DNA from: Camelus ferus
Lineage: Eukaryota
DNA: 64,000 nt
Assembly (NCBI RefSeq): GCF_009834535.1
Contig: NC_045697.1
Location: 80,478,001 to 80,542,000 of the forward strand
Direction: 5' to 3'
Below the pieces are notes generated by a model, which did no database searches, had not been told where the DNA came from, and was given only the letters and a program-made list of their open reading frames with translations. The position numbers and the translations under genes are program-made. Positions 12,975 to 26,239 of this stretch are shown one piece after another; position 1 is the stretch's first letter; every line of letters begins with the position of its first letter.

Positions 12975-13385
12975 TACGGTGTGTGGGCTTTGGAATCAGC
13001 TAGACCTGGATTATAATCCTGGTGCTCCCACTTACTCATGTTTTGTAACCTCTTTCGACTTAACCTCTCTAAACCACAGTTGTATCACTGGTAAAATAGA
13101 GCTAATAATATTTACTTCAAACAATTTTTTTTTGAGGATTAAATGATGTATGGTAGAATCTAATGGTTAAGAATGCAGGAATTTAGAATGCAAAGATAAA
13201 AGGTGTAGGTTTGGAGCTGGACTCGAGTTTGGATGCTAGCTTGTGTTTGGGGGCAATTTATTTAACTCTCTTGGCCTCAGTTTGCTCATGTCTATGGAAA
13301 GAATGCTAAGTGAAACTCTCTCTTAGGGCTTGTTGTTAGAACAGTGCCTGGTATGTAATAGTAATCAATAAAGTTAATTATAGTT
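12975..13385 (+). mobile_element. Two adjacent MIR SINEs
   Basis: two MIR cores: 'acttaacctctctaaaccacagttgtatcactggtaaaatag' and 'tttaactctcttggcctcagtttgctcatgtctat...agaacagtgcctggtatgtaatag'. Confidence 0.8.
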
Positions 13386-14479
13386 ATTTATAATATTATA
13401 CCAACATATAAAAGTTCTTTTTTAATTGTTGCTATTATTCTTGTTAATAAAGCCAGTCATATAGATAGCTAAACACGGTGGGGAGGAGGAGAAAGCTGTG
13501 ATATTCCATCTAGGTTGGTTGTAAAGCCACCAGCCTCATCGCAGATACGTTGGTGGAGTCTGTGTTGTTCATGTGCAATTTGCCATCATCAAGAATGAGT
13601 CAGCATCTGAATAGCGAAGCCCTTTGCTAAATGAAATGCTCAGCAAGGTGTGGGAAGGGAGGAAGCACAGACCACATGGGCAGTATTACAGTTTTGAGAA
13701 GAAAACCACATGTGTCTGCTTAGAATTTTGTTACATCTTTCTCAGAATTATTGTTTAATTCCTCGCTTGTTCTGTTCTGCTAAAAGGCTCCTGAAGATGT
13801 GTCAAAATAAGTCACTGCTCACCAGGACCATCACTTCAATTGCATTTTTCGAATTTACACTAAAGAACATTACTAGACACTCAGTTTCTCAATATCCTAG
13901 TTTCCTTACCTATAAAATGGAGGGGTTGGATAAGAAAATTATATAATAACCTTTCAATTCATAAATTATATGATTCTGTGATCAAATACTACATTTGGCT
14001 TTCCTTAGAATGCCACCTTCAGAGACTAGGACATATCATAGTTGTAACCACATTTTAATAAAGTCCTTATGGAAGTCCATGTAACTAAAAACTTTTGGAT
14101 TAGGTCCAAGGTCATTAAACTAAGTTCCGTGATAGAGTGGCTCCATTCCGTAGAGATTTTCGTTTATAACATATGTACTTTAAATGAAGTAATTTATAAT
14201 AAACTAAAGCCTGAGGGAGATCTATTTTTCAATATGCTCTGTCTTGCCATTTTCTCTCAGACGGTGAAATTGCCTATAAAGGAAGTTGATGTTGACACAT
14301 CTCAATTCCTATTGGAAGCGTCTCACTTCACCCTATTCTTTCAGTCTTATAGCTGTTCTGAATTCTGTGTCAGGCAAATTCTGAAGTACTCTCGACTTTG
14401 TAAATATCATATGTCTCAATAACAGCATTACTTCTTCAAAAGCATTTTGGTTCTTTCTCCTATGATGTATTAGGTCATG

Positions 14480-14712
14480 ATAACAACAGCTGATGTCTCC
14501 TGAGTGCGTGGTATGTGCCAAGCTCTGTGCTCAGTGAAATATAGTGCATTTTCTCATTTTATCCTCATGGGAACCCTGCAAAGCAGGGCTATCATTACTC
14601 TCATTTTATAGAAGAGCAAATCAAGGCTTTGAAAGGTGGAGTATCTTGCTCCAGGTCACATGAGTGGTAAAGTCAGGACCTCAGCTACCAAGTTCATGTT
14701 CTTAATCACAGC
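14480..14712 (-). mobile_element. MIR SINE
   Basis: reverse MIR core 'tatcattactctcattttatagaagagcaaatcaaggct...tcttgctccaggtcaca'. Confidence 0.8.
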
Positions 14713-15783
14713 TTTCTAGGTGAGCATGAAGGAGAAGCTGACAATGAAAATGTCAAAAGGTTCTAAATGTAGATGTGTGAACTTCACTAACAGAAAAACC
14801 TCAAAATTTTCAACTATACTTTATTTGAGCATTGTAGATGTCTCATAGAACTTGGGGATTCTTTCTTATGGCAAGTATGTTGCTTTATTTAAGTTTGTTC
14901 ACTGCATTTTTTTCTCAGATGGAGCTTAAATCTATGTTTATCAAAACTAATAATTCATCCATGTTTCAGAAAGTTTGGCAATTATTCCTACTTGGAGATG
15001 GCTTATGCAACTTCCCTGGAGGATCTTTGCCTTTTATGCTCTTGAAAAATAAATTATTTTGAGTTCCCTCTGTCCTCAAAGAGCTATTATTACTAACTGA
15101 ATCCTTATCATCACAAATAGGCCAAAGGGTAAGAGGCTTTTATTGATATTGTTCATTAAAATATTCATAACTAGGAATTTAAGACGTATTCCCTGTTGAA
15201 TGTAATCAAGCTATTATTGCATGTGTGTCTTTTACTTACTTATTTTTCTTAAAAGTAATTTCCCAAAGTATAGGAAGTATTAGACTTTATATGCATACTT
15301 TTGTTTTGGTATCGGATGGAGGATGGGAAGAGGGTACATGATAGAAGCTCCACCTCCCCCCAAGATACACTGTCAATTAATTATTTAGCCAATAATTGAG
15401 GTATGGTATAAGGTATTGGGGTAGATACATGGAAATAAAAGAACAACTGGTCTCTAAGGCAACAGGATATATATTTAAAAGAATAAAGTGCAACTTATGA
15501 AGTCTCAAAAGAATACCAACAATACTAAATGCTTTAGAGAGAGGAACTTGTATAGGGTTGTTATGGAAGATTTAACAGAACAGTTAAAGAGTTGATTTTG
15601 TCCATGAAGGATGAACAGGAATTTGATGCAGGGAAAGATACAATGAACTAAAACCACAGGCAGGACTGTGACATCAAGACATGCTCAGGACAGTGACAGT
15701 CCTCTTGGCTCAAGGAGAATGTGTAAGGGTAAAGTTAGAGAAAAAAAATGAGAAGTGTAGCTTGCATTCAGATAGTAAAGAAG

Positions 15784-16660
15784 TGTGAATGATAATCTAA
15801 GAAGCCGGCTCTTGGCCAATAATTCTAGATCAATTCTAATGTGGGTGGGGGTTTCTCATTATATCAAGCAATTTTTTAATACCAGCAGGGTGTTCTACAA
15901 TTTAACTCAATTCTGGCACTATTTATCTGAAGAACATGTCAGATCCCACAGGATGAGAGCTCAGTCCTACAAGACTGCCCCCTTTCTCCACTTCAGATGC
16001 CAGTTGCAAATCCAAGTTGACATCTGTGCTTCTAACTGACCAGCTACAGATTGGAGATTCTAATTATCCCCTCTTGGGTTTGATTAATTTTCTAGAATGG
16101 CTCACAAACTTCAGAAACATTTTACTTACTACATTACCAGTTTATTATAAAAGGATATATAACTCAGGAACAGCCAGATGGAAGAGATGCATAGGGCAAG
16201 AATGGGGAATGGTCACAGAGCTCCCATGTCCTCTCCAAGTGTGCCACTCTCCTCACATCTCCATGTGTTCACCAACCCGGAAGCTCTCTGAACCCCCTCC
16301 ATTTGAGATTTTATGAAGACTTCATTACATAGCCATGGCTGATTAAATCATTGGCAATTGTTGATTGAGTCGATCATTAGCCTCTCTCCCTTCCTAGGGA
16401 ATCGGGGCAGTGGGTGCTGGAAATTTCACCCTCTATTTATAGTCGGTTCTCCTGGCAACCAGTCCCCACCCTCAGGTACTTTTCAAAAGTCACCTCATTA
16501 ACATCCGCTTGGATATGGTTGAAAGGGGTTTGTTATGAATGTGAAGACATCTTTACTGCTGTCATCATTTAGGAAATTTCCTTGGGTTTTAGGAGTTCTG
16601 TGCTAGGAATAGTGTGAAAGATCAAATATACATATTTTTATTATAAAGCACAATAGCAAA
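15784..16660 (-). mobile_element. MER21-like LTR inserted in L2 debris
   Basis: 'tcagatcccacaggatgagagctcagtcctacaagactgcccc' and terminal 'ttattataaagcacaatagcaaa' match the reverse of the MER21 consensus. Confidence 0.85.
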
Positions 16661-17694
16661 GGCATCAAAGAGGCACTGATAATTGGAAAGTGGACAACTA
16701 ACATGATGCTGTTTAGGGATAACTTTATAAAAAAGGTAAAATCATGATTCTCCTACAAGATATAAAATAAACATATATTAAAGATTTTATTTAACTCATA
16801 ATAAGAGAAGTAGATAGATGTTCAAAAGAGGATCCAAAGAACAGAAAGACATAAATTGATCAGGAATATTGAAATAAATGCAAAAATGGAGACAGAACTG
16901 TTTTCTCAGTTGGGGAGGGGGTGTGCTGTCTCTCCACCAGACAGAATTTATTGGCATGTCTATAGGCAAGATTTATTTTTCATTTTAATTAGCTATTTCC
17001 AACTTCTAAAATTGTAAGAATCAAAAAACCCAGAAGAGTGTTTAGTGTGTGCAGGCTGAATTCCAAAAAAGACTAAGGGTTTTTACAGGGATGGTTGGGA
17101 TGTTTATAGTGTCAGTGGTAAGAGAGGAAGGTATGTGAAAGTAAACAAGTTGTCTGGATGTCATTTCATTATCAATCAGGAAATTACGAGGGAGAATGAA
17201 GAATCCAGGATTAATCTGAGTTTCTAACTTGTATTGCTGGGTGAACAATACTATCATGGACAGAATTTTTAAAATTATAAGATCAGTTTTATGCAAGTTG
17301 ACTCTGAAGTGTCATTTAAATGGAAATATCTGACTGCATGACTGCATCCTTTTTATTTCCTTCCTGCAGTGGGAAATGCATGTTCTACTGTCCTTTACTA
17401 TTATACTTTCCTTAGGAACTTAAACCCTGCTAGAATGGTGAGCCCTTTGGAGAGGTAAGTAGAGTGAGGTAAAAGAAAGTCTATTACACACTAATGTGTA
17501 GGATCTTATCATTGGATAATGCATTTTCTTTCTAGAAAGGCCCTGACATGGAACTATATTTCCTTGCAGGTAAGATCTTCCTTTTAGAGGCTAAAGCTAT
17601 CAGATTACTGTGTTAAAGAAAGAACAAGGTCCAGATGAAATGTGCCTCAGGGCTGGTGAATGTTTGGGTTGGAAAATAGCAAATATTATTGTGT

Positions 17695-17905
17695 GTTTTT
17701 TGTGTGCATGACACTGTGCTATGCACTTTCCAGGCCTTAATTCTTATTATCCTCACAGGATTCATTTGGGGTTGGTGATATTATTTCCCCCATTTACCAA
17801 GGAGGAAACTAAGAGAGTTTAAGTTACTTGCCAGCGCTCACAGATCTAGTAACGTCAGAACCGGGACAGAGCTCAGACCTGTGATTCCAGGTACCACACA
17901 GATTC
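17695..17905 (-). mobile_element. MIR SINE
   Basis: 'ttatttccccatttaccaaggaggaaactaagagagtttaagttacttgcc'. Confidence 0.8.
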
Positions 17906-18189
17906 CACCCAATCCCACTACCACTGATAAGGAGGGAAATCTTTGTAATGATGGCTCTTGAAGGAAAGGCAGACTAAGGATGAGGGTCATAGTGAGAAGT
18001 CTCACTCAGAAATTTGAGGGTACTGAGTGTCTGGGGACAAGGAAATGGAGGTGCACAATGAAAGAAAGATTACTTCAAGCAGAGCATCGGGGGGTTTGAA
18101 TTCAAGAGAAAAAGGATATGACATTTGATTTTAGGATCATGTCTTTGCAGAGTATTATTATTATTATTATTATTTTTTGCTGAGAATTT

Positions 18190-18435
18190 GTCTAATGATT
18201 AGGAGTGTGGGCTATGAAACACCACCCACATGTTCACAAATGTCTCTGCCTCTTACTGAGCTGTTCACTCCTGGGTGGTGTGCTCCCTCTGCTCTCAACT
18301 GTACAAGGGGACAGCAGGGGGTGGGGAGCGGTGATAGCTTTATAGCATTTCTGTGAGGAATAAGTGACTTAAATTGTAAAGCACTTAGAACAATGCCTGG
18401 AACTTAGTAAGCATTCAAAGAATATTTGTTTTTAT
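18190..18435 (+). mobile_element. MIR SINE
   Basis: 'gtaaagcacttagaacaatgcctggaacttagtaagcattcaa' MIR 3' end. Confidence 0.75.
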
Positions 18436-18497
18436 AATTATGAATAATTATATTAATAAGGCAATTCACTTTCTACAGCATTTGAATACATTGTGGT

Positions 18498-19376
18498 TGC
18501 CTCAGTCAGGGTTCTCTAGAGAAAAAGAATGGATGCATAGGATGTGTGTATGTAAAGATATTTATTTTAAGGATTGGACTCAGAATTGTGAAGGCTTAGT
18601 GAGCCCGAAATTCTATGGGGGGAGGTTTGGCAGGCTGGAGACTTGGGAAAGAGTTGCAGAATGTGTTTAAAGTTGGTCAGGCTGGAGACCCAGGAAGAAC
18701 TAATATTGCAGTTGAAGTCCAGTTCCTTCTTGTCTGAGAGGTAAGAATTTTGTTCTTTTCAAGGACTTTAACTGATTGGTGAGGTCCACCTACATTATGG
18801 AAGACAATCTGCTTTACTCAAAGTCCACCAATTTAAATGTTAATTTTGTCCAATAACACCCTCAAAGAGACGTCTAGAATAATGTTTGACCAATGTCTCA
18901 GTCAGTTCAGGCTGTTATAACAAAATACCATGGACTGATGGCTTAAACAACAGAAATCTATTTCTCATAGTTCTGGAGGCTGGGAAGTCCAAAATCAAGG
19001 TCCTGGCAGATTCAGTGTCTGCTGAAGGTCCTTTTTCAGGTTTGCAGATAGCTGCCTTCTTGCTGTGTTCCGACATTGTGGGGAGAGGGAGGGGGAGAGG
19101 GAGGAAGAGGGAGAAAGAGAAGGAAAGAGAGAGAAAGAGAGAGCTTTCATCTCTTCCTCTTCTTGTAAGGACACCAATCCCATCATGGAAGCTCCATCTT
19201 CATTACTTAATTAATAAACCTAATTACTTATCAAAGACCCCACCTCTTAATACCATCACACTAGGGGTAGGTTTTCAACACATGACTTTGGGGGGGATAC
19301 AAACATTTAGTCTGTAGCAACCAAATATCTGGACACCATGGCCCAGCTAAGTTGAGACACAAAATTACCCATCACA
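18498..19376 (-). mobile_element. ERVL MLT2 solo LTR (MLT2D-like), interrupted by MLT1A
   Basis: termini 'tgcctcagtcagggttctctagag' and 'aaaattacccatcaca'; 5-bp TSD gtggt at 18493-18497 and 19377-19381. Confidence 0.9.
18894..19319 (-). mobile_element. MaLR MLT1A-like solo LTR nested in MLT2
   Basis: TG...CA ends; 5-bp TSD accaa at 18889-18893 and 19320-19324; MLT1A motifs. Confidence 0.9.
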
Positions 19377-20446
19377 GTGGTAAATCACCCTAGCCTTTGC
19401 ATCACAGGGTTTGCTTACTTGGTCCACTGATTTAGTACCATAGAAAAAGGTACTTATAACTGGATGCCATAAGTTAACCATTAATTGATAGAGTAAGTAT
19501 CTTTCATTCTTTTGTCTCATATGATTTTAAAAGGTTATTTCCTCACCTCTTCAATATTTAACAAGTGGGGCCAGATATTGAACCTGAGGTCCAGGCTTCT
19601 GGGGAGGAATTCAAGAGCATCCTCCTTAAAATGCATGCATACCTATAGTCAATGCTCATTCCTTTAAAGTAATTCATAATGAGCCCACCAAGGAGTAAAA
19701 ACAAATGAAGCTAATGGAAATTTATTCAGATTAGATTTTAACTTTTCATAAAATCTTGTGTAAAATCTTCCTTCTTTATACAACATTCGAAGAGCACCAA
19801 GCCAAGAGGTTATATGATGCTAGCATTGCAGCCATTTAAAAATTTCTTTTGTAAGATTTCTCATTTTTTTCAACCAGGCTCTTTCATGAAATAGCTGTTC
19901 TCATTCTTCGACAGAGCCCCTGTTACATACACCATGGAAATGCCGCAGGAGAAGACATGCATCTGTTTATCTATTAATTATCCCAAGTCCTTATTGAGTG
20001 GCTCATTCTTCTTTCAGGGATCTCTGGAGTGTATCTCTGTTGCAGCCAGAATGCTGGTTCTGTGAGTGCAGTTTGTTGGTATTTGTCTTACAATGACAGT
20101 CTCAGGCAAGAAATTATTTTCTTGTCTAAGATTATTAATAAAAGCGCTTATGATCGAGTTTGTAGTTCAGCTGAAGTCCGATAGTGTGGTTATTTTCTTC
20201 CTTATCACCTGGTTGGACGTTCCTTTTCCTGGGCTGTTGTCTTGATGCTAATTTTAAACATCTTTTTCTTTTCGAAGTGTTTTAAATTGTCAAATTAATA
20301 TCTGCTCACTGTAACTAGTGAAACAATGGCAAAAGTATTAAGGAAGAGCTAACAATTTCCTTCCACTTCCCTGAGGAGACCAGTGCAAATAGCTTGATGT
20401 GCATCTTTTTAATCTTTTTCTAAGTTTATAGAAACATACACATAGA

Positions 20447-20478
20447 CACACACACACACACTCTCTCTCTCTCTCTCT
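20447..20478. repeat. (CA)n(CT)n compound microsatellite
   Basis: directly visible. Confidence 0.95.
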
Positions 20479-20607
20479 TTAAGTGTTGCTTGTTTTTGTA
20501 AGTGGCATCACAGGCATTAATCTGCAAATTGTCTTTCTTTATTTAATGATATGCTATGGACATCCTTCAAGGTCAACAGACATTTTTTCCCTTTTTAAAA
20601 TAGCTAC

Positions 20608-21112
20608 TGTTTTAACCTGGGTTGATCCCCAAAGTCTGAGACAAGGGCTTGCCTGCAGGCAGTTTATTCTGGAACGTGATCCCAAGGACCAGGAGTGGAA
20701 GACTGAAAGGAATGAAACAGAGGAGGAAGAAAAGTCAACCAGTGGTTTGTTTTCAACCTAGTCAGAACCGTGGGAAGCTGGGACTTGTGAGGAGCAGTGT
20801 AGAGTGCATGTCAGAATTGTCTGCCCCAGAGACAAAAGAGAAGCCATCTGTATGCTGGTTCCCACTCCCTAGTGGTCAGGATATGCTCTGTGCCCTTTTC
20901 AATTTCAGGTTTTCACCTGTGTTGGAATGGCTGTGTTCCTACAAATATCTCAAGTGTTGAGGATAAAAACTCTGGGCACAAAGCAAGAAATATGCAATGC
21001 AGCTGAAGGAAGGTGCTGTCAATTATGCCTGCAAGCAAGTGGTTGCTACAGCAACAGCTGGAGTAAAATGTGGACTGAGAAGATGTGAGATGATACCCAG
21101 GAGATACCTAAA
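20608..21112 (-). mobile_element. ERVL LTR (LTR16/LTR33/LTR41-like)
   Basis: 'ctgagacaagggcttgcctgcaggcagtttattctggaacgtgatcccaagga' is typical of this group; exact subfamily uncertain. Confidence 0.7.
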
Positions 21113-22284
21113 ACCAATGCATAATGGTTCATAGTGGATATGTACCATATTTATTTAAGTATGCACAGTTGGATAGATATTTGTGTTGTTTCCAGTTTTA
21201 TTATTTGCCACCACCATGTTGCACTGAACATCCTTATACATATATTCTTATTAGATGGTGCTTTTAGGTCTATATAATATATTCCCCGAAGTGGAATTGC
21301 TAGCTCAAAGCTCTTTTTATCTGTTAACTCATTCATTCCTTCCACAGCATAATCAGTATTATGGTCCTCATTCTCATTTGTCAATAAATTAGGAGCACAT
21401 AGGAGTCTAGGAAATGAAGGCAGTTAGAATTTTTTATTGAGTACTGAAAGATTAGATTCCAAAAAGTTCTTGGACTCTAAAAAAGAAAAGATTTTAATAT
21501 TATTAAATCAATGTGTTTTTATTTCTTTAACCTGCGCATCATGTTTCCTTGCAGCCATTTAAGCATCATATTTCCAAGGAAGGGAGGAAAGTGAGTTCTA
21601 CTTCCCCAGAGAAGAGGCTTTGACCTAGCAGAACTGTTTTCACACAAGAAAGGGAAGTGGAAGGCCTGACTCTTGCTGGCTCTCTTCCCTGAAAGTCACC
21701 ACTGGGGTGGGTTCAGGGGAATGACCCTTAGCTGAGAGCTGCAAGGTTGACTGCTTGAGTTGTAGCTTTTTGCAGACCCTGTCCTTGATAAGAGAATCCA
21801 TCTTCATGAACCCAGCTTACGCACTAGAACACAGGATGAAAACCAGCTATCAGGCAGACACAGGAATGGGCAAGTTCTAGGGCAGGGCTAGATTACAGAA
21901 GTCTTCAGACAACAAAATACCTCAATTTGCCGGAGTAGCCCTCAGTCGAAATATCTGCAGTTCTTGAAGGAAACTCAGTATCATGTTCATTTTTGTGACC
22001 CTGGTGCTAAGGAGATGCTTTTCTAAGCACAGAAGAAGAAGTGCTTATGTTGAGGTAGAACTAAGAACAAACCAGCCACAATGTGAAGGTCCCTTATGAG
22101 AATCTAAAGATCTTCCAGTCAGTTCAATTTAACCTTGACTCTGCCTGTTCTTTGAGTCAGTCATATTAATCCTAAGGATAAGAGCCTCACAGATGGATAA
22201 CACAAGGTTCCTTGACTCAATGAACTGAACGTCTAATGAGTATAATCAATGCATAAACAACTAACTTGAACATGATTGGTATGT

Positions 22285-22903
22285 TGTATTAGTTTCTCAT
22301 TGCTGTTGAAACAAATTACCACATTTAATGGCAACACAGTTTATTTTCTCACAATTTCTTTGGGTCAGAAGTCCAGGTGAGCTCAGCTGGGTTCTTTGTT
22401 TAAGACTTCATGAGGCTAACATAAAGATTTTGGCTGAGCTGCATTCCTTACTAGAAGCTCTAGGGGAAAATCTGCTTCCAAACTTATTCAAGTTGTTGGC
22501 TGAATTCACTTCCTCGTGTTTGTAGGATTGTCTCTGGTTTTTTGCTAGTTGTCATCCAAGGGCCACTCTTTGCTCTTGAGCTGCCTGCATTCTTTCTCTT
22601 GTTTTCCACGTGGCCCCTTTCATTAATGGTGGACCAAGTCCCTTTCAAGTTTTCAATCTCTGATTTCCCCTTTTCTCACACATTTCTGACTCTAGCCAGA
22701 GAAAGATTTCTGCTTTTTAAGGGCTCTAGTATCTCTGCTTTTTAAGGGCTCCTGTGATTAGATTGGGCCCACCTGCATAATCCCAGAAAACCTCTTTAAG
22801 GTCCGCAATTTTATCTGCAAAATCTCTTTTGCCATGTAAATATATTTACAGGTTTCAGGGATTAAGGTATGGTAATCTTTGAGGTTCATTCTGCCCACTC
22901 TAA
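22285..22903 (-). mobile_element. MaLR LTR (MLT1E-like) within L2 debris
   Basis: 'tgtattagtttctcattgctg...ctctaggggaaaatctgcttcca...gattagattgggcccacc...atctgcaaaatctcttttgccatgtaa'. Confidence 0.85.
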
Positions 22904-23149
22904 TATAATAATAGTATGAACAAAGAGTTAATGGGAACACAGAGGAAGGACATGGTAATTCTGTCAGGCAAAAGAGGTGGTGCAGAGAAAGATCCCATCA
23001 CGGAAGTAACATTTGAATTGTGTTTCTAAGGAAGAATGTGATTTCACCAGAAAGTGGGTACATAAAGGTTATTTCAGGCAAATGCAAAATCAGGAAGACA
23101 TAAAAACACTTGGTCATGTTTAGGACTGGTAAATAGTCTAGTAGATCTA

Positions 23150-23375
23150 AAATATGTCTGAGTTTAAATCCTACTGTACTGCATGTCCGCCTGCTTAGAC
23201 AAATCCCACTTAGCCTTGGTTTCTTCTGTGAAATTAGAGTAGTTAGTCACAGTATTTATTTCACAGAGTGTGAGGATTAAATAAGCTAAAATACCAAAAG
23301 CATATAACATAGTGTCTTGCACATTGCACATGCAAATCAAAGACTACCAGTATTCACCTTCCTGTTATTATTATT
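23150..23375 (+). mobile_element. MIR SINE
   Basis: 'ctgagtttaaatcctactgtact...tgtgaggattaaataag...atagtgtcttgcacat'. Confidence 0.7.
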
Positions 23376-23589
23376 AATAGAGCTAGAGTGAATTGGGAAA
23401 GAGTGGAGATGTGGCAGGAGTGAGTGAGTCTGAACATGTGGGCTGGGGTCAGAGTGCAATGCCAGAATGGGACCATATCAATCACTGTTCTTTTTGAGCC
23501 GTTTTTCTCTTCCTGTTTCTCTGGCATTGCACTTCTGTGGGTTTTATTTTACTTTTGAAGATCTCATCTTACTTTTCTTCAGTGGGTTA

Positions 23590-24720
23590 TACTCTGAGTC
23601 CTCCAGACTTCTTCTGACACTGTGTCCTTTCTCTAGAAGGTTTAGCCTATTTCCATGGTTTTAATGACTTTATCTCTGGCCCCAACTTCTCCCCTGAACT
23701 GAGACCTGCACTTGGATATTTCAACCTAAACACCACCAACTCACCCAAACTCTTCTTGTGTCTTGACCACTCCCTGCCCTTGCCCCGACTCTGCACCCCC
23801 ATTACCACCATCCCCACAACATATCCAAGGACTATTCATGTTCCAGGGTTCTCTGTCTTGGTTCTTGATATCAACATTCCCAACAATAAAAAATGATTGC
23901 AACAAACAGGTCCTGGAATACTGTTTTATTCTTATTGAAATGTTTTATTCTTAGGCACTTTGCATATGCCATTCCCTTTACTTGATATACCCATCCCAAG
24001 CACAGACATCCTTCCACTCTGAAGCTCTTAAACTAAGTGATCACTCCCTCCTCCATGCTGTTTCTGTACCTTTTGCACACTCTTGTGGGTGCATATATAT
24101 TGCATTGCATTGTAAATAGCTATCAATATGTTTGACCCTCTAGAAGTTCACTGTGGGAAACTTAAGAATCCATGCCTTTTCATCTTTGTGTTCATTGTAC
24201 TTAATAGACTCCATGGCTTTTAGTAGTAGATACCAAAAAATGATTGTTGAAATGGCTTTGAGTTTATCTTACAGGCAACAAGTCAATTTTTAAGTCAATG
24301 AATGACCTTATCAGATAAGCATTTCAGCATGATACTTCTGGCAGTTGTGTAGGATGGATTGGTGGGAAATGAGACAGGTGGCAGTGAATCTATTCAGGAG
24401 GTTTCTTTATAATCCAAATGAGAGATAAAGTTCCAGCAGTGATGGTGGAAATCAGAAAGAAGGAACATATTTGAAAGATTATTACAGGCAGGATTTCCAT
24501 GACTTAACTGAGAAACTGGAAGATGAGGATATGAGAGGATTACAGGACAATGCTATGGTTTGGGACTGACCAAGTGAAACAAATATTGAGTTAGAGGGAA
24601 GGCTTTGTTCATGGAGCAAAAAGACTAGGTTTGGTTTTCAACATGTCAAGATAGAGGTGCTGAGGGACATTCTGGGAGAAATATCCAATAGAAAATTAGA
24701 GACAGAGGTTAGGTATATAT
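23590..24720. mobile_element. L2 fragments in both orientations (+ about 23590-24255; - about 24255-24720)
   Basis: pyrimidine-rich L2 body ending 'tgattgttgaaatg', then purine-rich reverse L2 'ttctggcagttgtgtaggatggattgg...ttttcaacatgtcaagatagaggtgc'. Confidence 0.65.
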
Positions 24721-26239
24721 TTTGTGTATTTTAAAACATTCTTCCAAAAATCTATGTTGATTTAGAGTGTTTAAACAAATTTATGAAGCATTTCTTCTAT
24801 TTTATTTTCTAAAATAGAAGCCTTTATCTCCTCCTAGACTATCTAGGCATGCATGGTGAGAATCAGTAGAACTAAGCTGACAAGATGTTGGCACCTCCTT
24901 GCCTCTCCTTCATTCTGACCTCCTCAGTGAGGAGGAACACACACACACCACTGGTCACCATGGAAGCAATGGATACACAGAGGTGGAGAACCGGACTTGC
25001 TTAAGGTCCTGTGGGAAATAACAGTGGAACTTAACTACATTTCCTGACTCCTCAAATGTTTATCTCAAGAGAGCATTAGACAAATATAGTTTGAATTTCT
25101 CAAAAGATGTTGAAGAATTTATCTCGTCTCTCCCACCTAAGATCCAGCCATAATGATCCTTGAAGTGCTGTCTTAACAACATTGTTTCCAGAGAATATTA
25201 GGCTGTTGTGAAAACCTGGGACATTCATCCTTCAGTTTGTTCGGATTCTTGTGATTACAGACAAGACATTTAGGGCCACCTGTCCTCAGTAACCTCTAAT
25301 GCAATGGAAGAGGCTAAGTGGTACATGTTTCCCTGATCAGGAAGGAAAAGGGAATCATGAGGGATGTAGCAAGAAGCAGAATCATTTCCCTGCGGAGTAT
25401 GATTGCATCATGTGGGTTTTGTGCCTGCTTGATGTCTCCAAATATGGATCTAATCATACTGTGATAGCATGTTCATACTTACCAGGGCACTAAGAACAAG
25501 TGAAAGCTTTCTCACCAGCAAGGTATCTTATTTACCTAGCGCTTACTGGCTGCATAGAAACCACAGACAGTAAATCTCTCTTGAATGTTTGTGAGATTTC
25601 TCCTTAAAATGCAGGAAATGTAGCCCTCTTACAGACTGCAAGCAATTCTAAACTCTTTTTCCTATGAGATTTCTATTTAAACTCTTTGTGCCAAAATGCA
25701 ATTTATTTTGAGTACTCTTGAGTTTTGGGGGGCTTTGATGAGTTTAATGATTGTTTGGCTGTCATTTTTCACATCAATACCATGAGCTTTAGAGGCAAGT
25801 TCTTTATTATGGCCTACCGCTCCAGCTCCCTCCCTGGCTGACTGACAGGTGGACATGAGGCCTTAAAAAAACTGACTTTGAATGTCATAAGTACAATATA
25901 GTTAATTTACTGTGCTCTACGGTGGATATCAGAAATAGAAATGATAAGTTCATCAAAGTGTTGGCAGCTGCCTGTCCCCCTCATTTGGGTCTCTCAGAGA
26001 GGAGAGGCACCCATGTCTATCAAGGATGGCTGTGGACACAACAGACACAGCAGCACAAAGATGGTTCCACACACACACAGATGGCGGGTGGGGTGCACTG
26101 CAAAATAACGCATCACCTAGATTGTGGCAGTTGTAGATGAAAGCTTGTATGAGAGAAGTGAGGGGATTATTAATGTAGGAGTGCTGGAGGCTGGCATTCT
26201 TCATTTGTTATCTGACTAATGGCTTTGAGCTGGGTGTAC

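Larger units (their letters stand above)
20260..21310 (-). mobile_element. Old L1 (L1ME-like) 3' fragment, split by an ERVL LTR
   Basis: reverse L1 motifs 'ttttttaaaatagctac' resuming as 'tgcataatggttcatagtggatatgtaccatatttattt...ttgtgttgtttccagtttt'. Confidence 0.65.

Noticed and set aside
14261..14422. Plus-strand acceptor followed by a 53-codon open frame
   Set aside because: No recognisable homology and no clear donor; not distinguishable from chance.
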